Part shown: positions 19,001-27,428 of the stretch, one piece after another
Layout: the number at the start of each line of letters is the position of its first letter
How positions within the stretch are numbered: the stretch's first letter is position 1
IMG/VR virus record: IMGVR_UViG_3300037011_000237
DNA: 64,000 nt
Direction: 5' to 3' (one strand)
DNA from: an uncultured virus (IMG/VR IMGVR_UViG_3300037011_000237)
Lineage: Duplodnaviria > Heunggongvirae > Uroviricota > Caudoviricetes
Program-made: the position numbers and the translations under genes
The notes under the pieces: generated by a model
The model's input: the letters and a program-made list of their open reading frames with translations, nothing else
Told to the model about the DNA's origin: nothing
Database searches by the model: none

Positions 19001-20413
19001 ACTAGCAATACCTGTTTCTGCAATAGCTGCTATTAAACCATTTAATTCATCAATATTCATTCCAGCAGTTTCAGCAGCATCTCCAAGAACAGCAAAACCA
19101 GTGGCTAAGGTTGCTAGGTCTACATTAGCGTTTTGTGTAGTTTTTATCCACTTGTCTAGTAAAGATGCACCTTCGTCCAGTGGAGTGTTGGTTTGTCTCA
19201 AAGAAGCAGCCAATGTATCAATGGCTACCGCTTCTTCCATTCCAGATAATTTAGCAAGAATTAAAGAATCTTTAAGAAGTTGTGTTCCAACTGTTATTCT
19301 TTCGAAAGAACTTCCTAAATTTCCAGTAGCTCTATAAGCCATAGTAAAACTGTTAATGGTATCACTTACACCAGTACCCAACTCATCAGCAGCTTGTTTG
19401 GCAATATTAAAAATTTCTCCCATACGAAGTGTAGAACCAGTTACTGCTATCATAGCATTAGCTAATCTAGTTTCATTTTCCACCATATCTGCCATTAAAG
19501 ATTTTAAAGCATTTAGTGGACCATAAATTACAGCAATAGCAATAGACCACTTAGTTAATTCTCTAATATCTCTACCAATAGCAGAAGTTAAAGTCTGAAA
19601 CTGTCTGGAAGTAGATTCTATATTTCCACCAGCAGGAGTATTGAAAAGTCTCATCTTTTCGGTCATTTTGGTTAGTTCATCTACTTGTTTCCAATCTAAT
19701 TGCTGTACTCCTGAAGTTCCTATTTGAGTTACAGTTGGTAGACCAGTAAATCCTGCTTGAGCAGCATATTCTCTAGACCTTGCATATCTTTTATTAGTAG
19801 TCCATTCCTGATTTTGTGCAAACCACTGTACTCCTTTTTTCCAACTTTCTTCTATAGCCCTATCTTCTTTGCCAAATAAAGCGTTTAATCCACCTAAATT
19901 AAATGTTTGAGCGGGTGCAGCTGAGGAGGCACTTCGTATTTGTTGTTCAATGGAGGTTCTTTGTCTTTCTAAAGGCCCATCCAAACTTTCTATTCTAGCA
20001 ATATGATCTCTATATGCAGCAATATACTCACTTAATATTCTTTTTTGTGTATCATTAGCAGTAGGATTAGTATATGGTGTTATTTCATATGTTCTTTGTC
20101 CAGTACCAATTGGTGGAGTTACTCCTGGAGGGGTTGCAGTAAACCCAGCACCAACAGTTCTAAATGGCATACTACCTTGACCAGAAGAATAACCAGAAAG
20201 TAATTGCTCCTTCATAGAATATAAGGCTCTTAGTCTTTGACCCATAGCAGTAATTTGGTTTTCAAGAGGAAGAAGTGCGGTTCCCATTGTTCCACCAATT
20301 CTATCTGAGTATGTCTCAAGAGACCTAAGACTTGATATTGTAGTCTTTATAGCAGCATCTACTTTTGCCAAGGTTTGTATGTATGCATTCAGTTGTATGT
20401 TAGTAATTGCCAT
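16076..20413 (-). CDS. tail tape measure protein
   Basis: 1445 aa, Ala/Gly-rich and helical; TP901-like core (DLATLATG...SGKEVANTAKAI...LGIATKDAEGNLRDF); follows the chaperone pair. Confidence 0.9.
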   Translation of the reverse strand: MAITNIQLNAYIQTLAKVDAAIKTTISSLRSLETYSDRIGGTMGTALLPLENQITAMGQRLRALYSMKEQLLSGYSSGQGSMPFRTVGAGFTATPPGVTPPIGTGQRTYEITPYTNPTANDTQKRILSEYIAAYRDHIARIESLDGPLERQRTSIEQQIRSASSAAPAQTFNLGGLNALFGKEDRAIEESWKKGVQWFAQNQEWTTNKRYARSREYAAQAGFTGLPTVTQIGTSGVQQLDWKQVDELTKMTEKMRLFNTPAGGNIESTSRQFQTLTSAIGRDIRELTKWSIAIAVIYGPLNALKSLMADMVENETRLANAMIAVTGSTLRMGEIFNIAKQAADELGTGVSDTINSFTMAYRATGNLGSSFERITVGTQLLKDSLILAKLSGMEEAVAIDTLAASLRQTNTPLDEGASLLDKWIKTTQNANVDLATLATGFAVLGDAAETAGMNIDELNGLIAAIAETGIASGKEVANTAKAIVSGLYGEKSTAQIMKLGIATKDAEGNLRDFNSIATEIYQQRQLGLISDTAFQETARAIGGGGNRRQAAVTTLIENYARVQQVAALSATANGEAQEAMGRRLNTVQTASTRLNNSFQSLAATLGNEGGLLDLFGMILEVATGVTNVFDTLVSTMGKAGPMLMTVMAGGAILKMQGPTAVGAMGQGLDRLLMTMMPGIYGSTMKYSNPALGPSVMQGTGGRFVGNLLSGTPNLTNMLAGGLLAGVLPAIGNLRNAKEDPAAGAKAAANILGAAGGAIVSTLLGMSPIIGMAIGSAIGEAYISTVTYQGNISRVLAETGGSGYKTPEAVKFASDAGTEALFEGVGSGIGSGFGKLLSTILNLPSYLTSTPTSPETTAWALMDLNRERYGEGSPGARAIAEFNMAAEVGKIEHPENYNLSPFEIDMRQKEQMELYGPTLTGMRKGAEGRLLTQVQQKEITPAEFTRKMESLSTYEERATKFQATFGSILIGNVAGINSEMDAYQAFLNLITDGSSEAVDAITAMSSEIYDSKNKLEGLAASTALGTDLITLDGQTQTKDFFVNKLETRIAYLEGLLPTIVQTGNEAAQAALVNMPSIVNKGEMYSRADYRKIMEESRATEFAALKQLNPERTDAEINAYLDSQEEFGVYVEAFGKAVYELAGGTSEAWFKDTATRLAEEGITTTGEAIKATSPQLLDINSSQFPLLQMYTNQAMQALRTIPGFEPENEDLQVFGKDWIGGVIHGDQLALRLALEKLIGIEEKQLDGIYNLPDGSFFSVFLTQGWMDLMQKGGGGVPGVTGGGEERGIEQGGGIDVPGKYGLQWGGGVDVPGKYGLQWGGGIDVPKGKSGLKSRPFRAGPGAGGEGETLPGTMNWLETGIDNLMKVLPQLMMGWTGLMGLKGALPAGLREALPSADSQKIPKINLNLNTSTTVQLDGRVIASIVKTYLAADFGRTTSGYGKTTKDYIM
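16430..16556 (-). repeat. ~45 bp tandem repeat (about three copies) in the tape measure C-terminus
   Basis: GGGIDVPGKYGLQW / GGGVDVPGKYGLQW / GGGIDVPKGKSGL. Confidence 0.85.
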
Positions 20414-20713
20414 CTAGCCCTCTACGTCTATATCTCTGATTATAATTTCAGTATCTTCCTTAGAATTTTTTTCCATAACTTTGTCTAACCAACTATCTAA
20501 ATCTTTGGATGTACCTTCCCAAATTATGCGTTCCGGTGGTCGTTTTTCTTTTGGCAATTCATTTAGATTATCAATCTGTTGCCTCTTACGAATAACAAAA
20601 CTTATAGTAAAAGGTAAATCTGTAAGAAGTTTTACTTTTGAATCTAGTGGAATCTGCAAGGCTTTTGCTACGGACCACAAGGAAGCAATCGCATTGCTTC
20701 CAGCTATTTTTTT
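20414..20713 (-). CDS. tail assembly chaperone, frameshifted C-terminal extension (gpT-like)
   Basis: Open in the -1 frame from the A AAA AAA heptamer at 20713-20707 (K-I-A-G-S-N-A-I-A-S-L-W-S-V...); no convincing independent start. Confidence 0.8.
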   Translation of the reverse strand, partial: KKIAGSNAIASLWSVAKALQIPLDSKVKLLTDLPFTISFVIRKRQQIDNLNELPKEKRPPERIIWEGTSKDLDSWLDKVMEKNSKEDTEIIIRDIDVEG

Positions 20714-21414
20714 AGGGTGTCTGTATCCAACTCTAGAGAAGTATATTCATTAATTATTTTGTTCTTAATTTCTGGAGCAAGATTGTCAAACTCATCAAAG
20801 TCTTTAAATAATCTAGTCTTAAAGTTTTTATCCTTATAGATACTGAAATATACGCTCATTTCTTTAAACTTCTTAAAAGACTCTTGCTCACACAATTCAT
20901 TTATCATTAAAGATTCATATTTCTTTTGCAATTCCTCGTTAGATAAATTATTATATTCTTCTGTAAGTTTATCAACTTTTTTCTTCAAATACTTACGAAT
21001 AGCATCTTCACGTTTCTTAGGATATGCATCTATTTCCTTTTGGAATTTTTCTTGCTTCTCTAATGAAGCATCAGAATCTGGTTCCACAGGAATTGGTATA
21101 TCAACCTCTCTATATGCTTCCCTACTAAAATCACGCAAACTCAATCCAACAACAACGTCTACAATCTTACTTTTATCAACCACATCTAAGTCTTGAATAA
21201 AAGCCATACTTTCATCACTATTCTTATCTTTCAGTTTAGCACGAAGTTCAGCACTTTTACGCAAGGCAAAAACCCTTGCTCTATTCAAGTCTGCATCACC
21301 AACAAGCCTAATCCAAATTTTTGTTAATATATTTCCATGACTGTCTGCTATAGCTGATTCTTTCGACCAAGAAAACAATTGGGAAATATTTACATCATTC
21401 TTTTCCACTGCCAT
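20704..21414 (-). CDS. tail assembly chaperone (gpG-like)
   Basis: Between the major tail and tape measure genes; ends CTA AAA AAA TAG. Confidence 0.8.
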   Translation of the reverse strand: MAVEKNDVNISQLFSWSKESAIADSHGNILTKIWIRLVGDADLNRARVFALRKSAELRAKLKDKNSDESMAFIQDLDVVDKSKIVDVVVGLSLRDFSREAYREVDIPIPVEPDSDASLEKQEKFQKEIDAYPKKREDAIRKYLKKKVDKLTEEYNNLSNEELQKKYESLMINELCEQESFKKFKEMSVYFSIYKDKNFKTRLFKDFDEFDNLAPEIKNKIINEYTSLELDTDTLKK

Positions 21415-21439
21415 AATCCACTATCCTTTCTTATTAGTT

Positions 21440-21485
21440 AAAAGAAATGGAGTTACACCTCTGACCCCGCAGCATGTGTAACTCC
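21440..21485 (-). terminator. intrinsic terminator-like hairpin after the major tail gene
   Basis: Perfect 10 bp inverted repeat GGAGTTACAC / GTGTAACTCC followed by ATTTCTTTT on the minus strand. Confidence 0.65.
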
Positions 21486-21529
21486 TTTAATCTTCCTTCG
21501 GTTTAAATTGTTTGAAACGTTATATTATA

Positions 21530-22729
21530 TTACATTGCACCAGAATATACCGTAAGTATACCATCAGTAGATTTCCAGTTAAATACCTGTGAGGCATTGT
21601 TATTTACATTTGCTGTATAAGAATCACCAACAATAGTAATTGATGGGATGTTAACTGTTTTAATAACAGTATAAGGAGCATCAACATCACATGGGTCTAA
21701 CAATTCAACTTTCAAAGCAACTGGGGTTGCTTCACAACCCAAACCGGGTTGCCATTCAACACCACTGGTTATAGTACCATAGGTTAAAAGTGCAATAAGT
21801 TCAGTATCAGTATCCAATACAGTGATTGAACCTTCTACAGTAGGAATCTGTCGTTGATACCCAACAACCTCTCTATTACCCATTTCTTTCACGGGTTGAA
21901 CTTGCATGTTACCATTAATAGTAATAGATTGCACTCTAGAAATATCATTCGCCAAAATGCTAACGGGAACATCTTTACCCTTAATAGCAACTGGCATAGT
22001 TCCATCAGCAGCATCTGCCCAAACATGGTTAGCATCAGCATGATAAACTGCTATTACTTGTTCTAATCTAGTATCTGCAGCATTAATAGTTAATGTTTTA
22101 TTTCCAGCACCATTAAGTCTATATTCACCTGCAGCAGGAACAGCAGTAGTTTCCGTCAAATAATGACCATCAACTATTACTGAAAGACCATATCTACCAT
22201 TTCTTAATTGAATAGGGTCATGAGTAAGTGTCCATGTGACAGTACCGGTAGAGAATTTATCCACAACTACATCATATTTAAGCCATCTTTTTTCAGAGCC
22301 AATAAGAGTATAGTCTTCGGTAGATTCACCATCAACGGTATAAGAATAAGAGAAGTCTCTAACCTGTAACCGTCTACCGTGTCCACATTTTGCATAAACT
22401 GCTAATGTTTCGTCTTTCACATAGAATGCAGCATCAACTTCACCCAATTCTGAAATACCTACACCTGCTCCCGGATATGCGGCAGCATTTGTACCAGTAA
22501 GGGCGGAAAATATTTTTACACCAACATCAAAGGCGGAGAAGGTCAGAGTAACGTTAGGTGTGTCTTTACTCTCTCCGGTGTGGGCAGAGTTGCCCAACTC
22601 ATCAACTGTAGTGGAAGGGATATCCTGTCCAAAACTAGTCTTTTGTACTCTAGTAGCCTTAAAGGATTCCAGCGGCCCAATAATGTGCAACTGTAGTTCC
22701 TTTGAAGGTATCGCTAATCTCTTTGCCAT
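21530..22729 (-). CDS. major tail (tube) protein
   Basis: 399 aa, beta-rich; two similar halves (RVQK...VDELGN and RVQS...VKEMGN); position before the chaperone and tape measure. Confidence 0.7.
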   Translation of the reverse strand: MAKRLAIPSKELQLHIIGPLESFKATRVQKTSFGQDIPSTTVDELGNSAHTGESKDTPNVTLTFSAFDVGVKIFSALTGTNAAAYPGAGVGISELGEVDAAFYVKDETLAVYAKCGHGRRLQVRDFSYSYTVDGESTEDYTLIGSEKRWLKYDVVVDKFSTGTVTWTLTHDPIQLRNGRYGLSVIVDGHYLTETTAVPAAGEYRLNGAGNKTLTINAADTRLEQVIAVYHADANHVWADAADGTMPVAIKGKDVPVSILANDISRVQSITINGNMQVQPVKEMGNREVVGYQRQIPTVEGSITVLDTDTELIALLTYGTITSGVEWQPGLGCEATPVALKVELLDPCDVDAPYTVIKTVNIPSITIVGDSYTANVNNNASQVFNWKSTDGILTVYSGAM

Positions 22730-22734
22730 CCTAA

Positions 22735-23181
22735 TTAATCCTCCAAAATTACATTTTCTGCTAGAATAGTTACTGTCGCTCTATAATAAAGCGGGGTAAT
22801 TAATTCTGGGTCTATTCTAACAATTTGTATTTTTCTATATTCAATATCCAAATGACCTATTGCAGATGGAGTAACAAATCCCTCATCATAATCATAAACC
22901 GTAATTCCGTCCTTTAGGTCATTATAAACTTTATACGCAAATTCATCTCTTTGCGACTTATTTTTAGCAAAAATATCTATATACCAAGTACGAATTGAAC
23001 CACCTTTTCTATCTCCAAGTTGTAAAGGATAATATTCTAATTCATCTTGTTCTATAGAAATGGATGGTATGACTAAATCTTCAACAGGGAATCCATCCAC
23101 AATGGTTACAAATGGGTAGGCTGAAAATTTATCTACTAACCAATAATAAATACTTAGGTCTTCCTTTCTCTCTGCGTAAAT
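22735..23181 (-). CDS. tail terminator / completion protein
   Basis: PSISIE, YIDIFAKNKSQRDE, YYRATV; position before the tube gene. The frame is open 27 codons upstream of the called GTG at 23100, to an ATT at 23181 preceded by AGAGGTG. Confidence 0.65.
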   Translation of the reverse strand: MYAERKEDLSIYYWLVDKFSAYPFVTIVDGFPVEDLVIPSISIEQDELEYYPLQLGDRKGGSIRTWYIDIFAKNKSQRDEFAYKVYNDLKDGITVYDYDEGFVTPSAIGHLDIEYRKIQIVRIDPELITPLYYRATVTILAENVILED

Positions 23182-23195
23182 AGTACACCTCTACT

Positions 23196-24260
23196 TTATC
23201 TATTATAACCCTTCTGCATTTGAATGGTTCTTATTCTTACTCCACCGCCTAAGCGAATTCTAGAACCAATCTTTTCTTTATTTCTAAGAGCATCTTCAAG
23301 TCTTTGTACTTTTACATTATCTGCTCTTTTTATATCATCACCAAGTCTTATAACTAATTCTGCACCGGGGTCTAAAGCCAATTCATTTACTTTTTCAATT
23401 TGTTTATCTATAAAGGCCAAAGCTTTTTTTAATTCGGCTAATGTCTTTTTAGCCTCAACAACATCAAACCCTTTATTTGCTACGGTTTGTGTAACTTGAC
23501 TTTCAAAAAATTCTTTTATTTTACGTTGTGTTTTTCCAGTAAAATCTGTAGCCTCATTTATTGGATATGCTATTCCTTCCCCACCTTTGCGTTTAGCATT
23601 TGGAATAGGCATCATTCCTTTATCTAAAAGTTCCCAGAAAGGAGCAATCCTACCTGCAGCATCCATTCTTCTTCTCATAGTATTCCAGTATTTCCAAGCA
23701 AATTTAGCAGACTGGTCTACTTCTTTTCTATCTTTACCTTTACCTCTTCTAACTTTTACTGCTTTACCTTCTCTTGCAGCACCATAATATTTTTCTGACC
23801 AAAAATGACTGGAAATGTCTGCACCTGTGCGTGTGCCTAATTCTTCTCTTACTTTTTTTATTCCATTACCATAATCTGCAAGACTACCGAAAGTTTCGTT
23901 TAAATTTAATTTTACTTTTAGGTTACTATTCTTAAATTGGAATATGGTAAAGGTTCCTTCTGTATATGCTGCCTTTCTTAATCTATCTATAAAAAAAGGA
24001 TTGTTAAATTCTGGGTTTTTCTTTACAGCAAGATTTATTTCTTTCATTAATATTTCTGGAGCCTTTAAAAGAGTTTTTTCTAAAGCATCTCCAGAAGAAA
24101 CTTTTTCTGGTTCTTTTTCTACCTTCTCTACTTCAGTAGAAAGTCTATCATATTTTGCAGAAAGTCTAGCATATTCCCTATCTAAATACTGTGCTTGGCG
24201 TATATAGGAGGGAATTCTACTTAGGTCTTGCTGTAAAGAAGTCTTAATATCAATAAACAT
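23196..24260 (-). CDS. neck-region protein (basic, coiled-coil)
   Basis: 354 aa in the head-tail joining block; function assigned from position only. Confidence 0.45.
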   Translation of the reverse strand: MFIDIKTSLQQDLSRIPSYIRQAQYLDREYARLSAKYDRLSTEVEKVEKEPEKVSSGDALEKTLLKAPEILMKEINLAVKKNPEFNNPFFIDRLRKAAYTEGTFTIFQFKNSNLKVKLNLNETFGSLADYGNGIKKVREELGTRTGADISSHFWSEKYYGAAREGKAVKVRRGKGKDRKEVDQSAKFAWKYWNTMRRRMDAAGRIAPFWELLDKGMMPIPNAKRKGGEGIAYPINEATDFTGKTQRKIKEFFESQVTQTVANKGFDVVEAKKTLAELKKALAFIDKQIEKVNELALDPGAELVIRLGDDIKRADNVKVQRLEDALRNKEKIGSRIRLGGGVRIRTIQMQKGYNR

Positions 24261-24261
24261 G

Positions 24262-24492
24262 TTAAACCAAGTATTCTACATCACCAAATATTTCTCTAAT
24301 AATTGCTCTGAAAGCACCGCTAGTTTCATCTAGCACACACTTGCGAAGTTCTATATATTCCTGACTATCTTTTGCAAAGTATTCTTCTAATTTTTGCAGT
24401 AGAACTGCCTGTAACTTTTTATTTTTCTTAGAACAATATCCTATTAAATCAAACAAATCCACTTCTTGAATTACCTTCGTCATACTCCACAC
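24262..24492 (-). CDS. hypothetical protein
   Basis: 76 aa ORF tightly packed in the operon. Confidence 0.6.
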   Translation of the reverse strand: MWSMTKVIQEVDLFDLIGYCSKKNKKLQAVLLQKLEEYFAKDSQEYIELRKCVLDETSGAFRAIIREIFGDVEYLV

Positions 24493-24496
24493 TCCT

Positions 24497-24937
24497 TTAT
24501 GGTTCTTTTTCTATCAGGTCTAAAAGAATCCTGTTTATATTTTGTACTCCACGCATCATCTTTTTGCGAATTTCCATTTCTTTCTCATCTACTGTTACAT
24601 AAATAGCACTGTTTACTGTTGCAAGATTTTCAGGAGTATATTCGATTTGTACTCCACAAGAACCTTCGTACCACATTCCCCCTGTTTCCCACCTCATCTG
24701 GTCACTTTTACCCCAAGAAATATGACCTAAAATGGTTACTCCAGAAAACACTGGAATCCAATAATCTCCGTTACATTCTAGACAAAAAGAATCTGTAGAA
24801 GTATTAGTTACTGGGTCTAAATCACATAAAGTACAAGCAGTGGCAGATGCTACTACATAGAAAATAACATCTCTTCCAATAGCAGTTCTAATTGCATTGA
24901 TTACATCTTCAGTATTTTCGGGAAATGATATTATCAT
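24497..24937 (-). CDS. head closure / head-tail joining protein with Zn-finger insertion
   Basis: CTLC...CLECNG motif within a small beta protein; position in the neck block. Confidence 0.55.
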   Translation of the reverse strand: MIISFPENTEDVINAIRTAIGRDVIFYVVASATACTLCDLDPVTNTSTDSFCLECNGDYWIPVFSGVTILGHISWGKSDQMRWETGGMWYEGSCGVQIEYTPENLATVNSAIYVTVDEKEMEIRKKMMRGVQNINRILLDLIEKEP

Positions 24938-26091
24938 AATACGTTTTTAAATTCCTCTGCCCACTTTCCAGCAATATTTTTCCAACTATATTCTGGCGAA
25001 GAAAACTTTTTTAGTGCTGCTTTAGAAAGTTTCTTATATAGTGCCCCATCAGTGTATAGTTTTTCCATTTGTTCCGCTACATCTGTTGGATGAACTAAGA
25101 TTCCTGTGGTCATAACTTTAGTTTGAATAAAGGGGTCGCCATTAGGAATTAATAGTCCACAATCTTTAAAAACTTCACCACAAGCACTAGAATCTGGAAC
25201 TATCTGCGGAGCACCAGTTATTGCATGTTCCATATTACAAAGACCCCAACCTTCTCCAAGAGAAGTATTTATTCCTATATTGGAAGCATTGTAAATAAGA
25301 TTTAATTTCTCTACTGTTACACTTTGAACTCCAGTTTTAAAACTAGTTACAATAAGTCTTTTACTTATACCAAGTCTGGTTGCTAAATTAGTTATTTTTA
25401 AATCAGAATCCATTACCCCACAGTGCATATAAATTAAAACGTTACTTGGTTTATTTTCTGCAAATAATTTAAAACCTTCCAGAGTTAGCTCTAATCTTTT
25501 ACGTGGTTGATTTCTATTGGCGTTTAAAATAATATATGCTGTTTCCAATTCTGCGTTTTTAAAAATAGATTTTCTAGCTAATGTTCTATCTACAGGAAAG
25601 AACATTTCTTGGTCTATTCCATGAGGAATTATATCAAAAGAGTAATCAGGTAGTGCTTTTTCTGCAACTTCTTTTCCAAATTTAGTATAAACTACTGCCT
25701 TATCAACTAGTGGAATATTGGTGTACCATTCAGGGTCATGGTCTCTAGCATCTACAGGAAAATATACAACTATCTTAGGTCTATATTCTTTAAACGATTC
25801 TAATCTCTTTAAGTACTCCTTTATTACCCAGATATCGTTTAGAATATAGATTAGGTCAAATTTTTTAGACTTTAGAATTCCTTCTAAGCGACTAAATCCA
25901 TAAATGTCTCCTAATTGACCTACTGCTGCGGGATAAATCGGAAAATCATATGGGTGTGGGTCTCCAAAGTAATTTATTCCCAAACCTGTTATACTAAATT
26001 CTTCTTTTGGTAGATGTTTAATAATTCCGTGTGCTACTCTAGACCAACCCGTAGGAACTACTAAGTCCGAAATCCATAATACATTTATCAT
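24934..26091 (-). CDS. GT4 family glycosyltransferase
   Basis: PTGWSRV, IIPHGID, NANRNQPRKR, GEGWGLCNMEHAITG (ExxGxxxxE). Confidence 0.9.
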   Translation of the reverse strand: MINVLWISDLVVPTGWSRVAHGIIKHLPKEEFSITGLGINYFGDPHPYDFPIYPAAVGQLGDIYGFSRLEGILKSKKFDLIYILNDIWVIKEYLKRLESFKEYRPKIVVYFPVDARDHDPEWYTNIPLVDKAVVYTKFGKEVAEKALPDYSFDIIPHGIDQEMFFPVDRTLARKSIFKNAELETAYIILNANRNQPRKRLELTLEGFKLFAENKPSNVLIYMHCGVMDSDLKITNLATRLGISKRLIVTSFKTGVQSVTVEKLNLIYNASNIGINTSLGEGWGLCNMEHAITGAPQIVPDSSACGEVFKDCGLLIPNGDPFIQTKVMTTGILVHPTDVAEQMEKLYTDGALYKKLSKAALKKFSSPEYSWKNIAGKWAEEFKNVL

Positions 26092-26103
26092 CCATAATCC
26101 TTT

Positions 26104-26634
26104 CTACTTATCAGTTTCTAATATTGACATTCTACTAGATATTGTTAATCTCTTCATTGGTGCTTTGATTAAATCATCTAATTCATGTTGAAGTCTTCTT
26201 ATGGTATCGCCCCTCAAACTTCCAGAAGCAATATTTGAATAAGATATTTCAGCGTCTCTCCAACTTCCTAAATTCCAAGCAGAATTTTCAAGACTTCCAT
26301 TTAATATAATAAGTGCTGCTTTTACAATTATAATTCGTTCATCCATTCTTTGGATTATACTATCTTCTTCTTCAAAGGTAAAGTACTCATAGTCGATATT
26401 TCTACTTATTGCACCACCATCAGTTATAATATATTTACTATCCCAATATCTTTCAAGTCCTCTAGTAGCCGCTATTAGAGCAATCATTAACCATTCATCT
26501 AAGTATCTATATGTTGAACTATCTATATCACCAATCTCAATTCTCAATGTTGGAATTAAATAGTCAATTGATGTAGCTACAGCACCAGACGTAGATGGGG
26601 TAATTGGGGTAATTGTTCCGCTTCCATCACTCAT
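26104..26634 (-). CDS. head-tail adaptor / connector protein
   Basis: LRIEIGD, SWRDAEISYS pattern; 176 aa helical; position in the neck block. Confidence 0.6.
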   Translation of the reverse strand: MSDGSGTITPITPSTSGAVATSIDYLIPTLRIEIGDIDSSTYRYLDEWLMIALIAATRGLERYWDSKYIITDGGAISRNIDYEYFTFEEEDSIIQRMDERIIIVKAALIILNGSLENSAWNLGSWRDAEISYSNIASGSLRGDTIRRLQHELDDLIKAPMKRLTISSRMSILETDK

Positions 26635-27419
26635 GCCACTACCTCCGTATCAGTAGTTGTTACAAATCCTGATTTTATACATTTTAGATAGTATGTTCCT
26701 GCTACTAAACCAGTAAAGGTTACTTGACCTAGAATGTTTGTTACTTGACTGTCTATAATACCTATCATTCCAGCAGTAGCATAAAGTTCTATTACCGCTC
26801 CAAAAACTGGTTCTCCGGTTCCACTATCTGTAAGAGTATATACTAATTGTTTGTCTCCACCATTACCAACTCCCCAACTTCCAGAACCATGTGTACCAGA
26901 AAGTTGTGTGTCAATTTCACCTACTGTTGGAGTATCTTCTACATCCTTTATGGATGTTCCAGATAGAACAACCTCTGTTCCTGGTTCATGAATATTAGCC
27001 CAGTCAATTCCAGCTTCCCCCGTATCTGTAACATCAAGAGTTCTACCAGATACAGTAGGACGTAAGTAGGTAAGTTCAAATATTCTACTCACAATGTCTG
27101 GAGTAGTAATATCTACTGATAATCCCTTGACATAAAATCTTACAATATCGGAGGTATTTACAGGTAACAATATACTAACAAAGCCAATGGAGGTTTGCCC
27201 TACAGGGACAACGAAGGTTGTAATTGGTCCTTCCATATAAACACTACCCACACCGCCAGCTTGAATGGTAACATAGATACTGTAATCCCCACCACCAGCA
27301 ATCTGGTCAATGTGGATGCGAGCAAAGATAGCTCTATCTGCGTCTGCTGTATAAGTATGAACCAGCAAATAAGCTGAGAGATTTTGATTCGATAAGTTAC
27401 TCGTTTCTAGTTGTCTCAT
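26631..27419 (-). CDS. putative virion accessory protein with C-terminal prealbumin/carboxypeptidase-regulatory-like domain
   Basis: TGEPVFGAVIELY...TNILGQVTFTGLVAGTYYLKCIKSGF; LRPTVSGRTLDV..TGEAGIDWAN segment. Confidence 0.5.
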   Translation of the reverse strand: MRQLETSNLSNQNLSAYLLVHTYTADADRAIFARIHIDQIAGGGDYSIYVTIQAGGVGSVYMEGPITTFVVPVGQTSIGFVSILLPVNTSDIVRFYVKGLSVDITTPDIVSRIFELTYLRPTVSGRTLDVTDTGEAGIDWANIHEPGTEVVLSGTSIKDVEDTPTVGEIDTQLSGTHGSGSWGVGNGGDKQLVYTLTDSGTGEPVFGAVIELYATAGMIGIIDSQVTNILGQVTFTGLVAGTYYLKCIKSGFVTTTDTEVVA

Positions 27420-27428
27420 AATCTTCTC

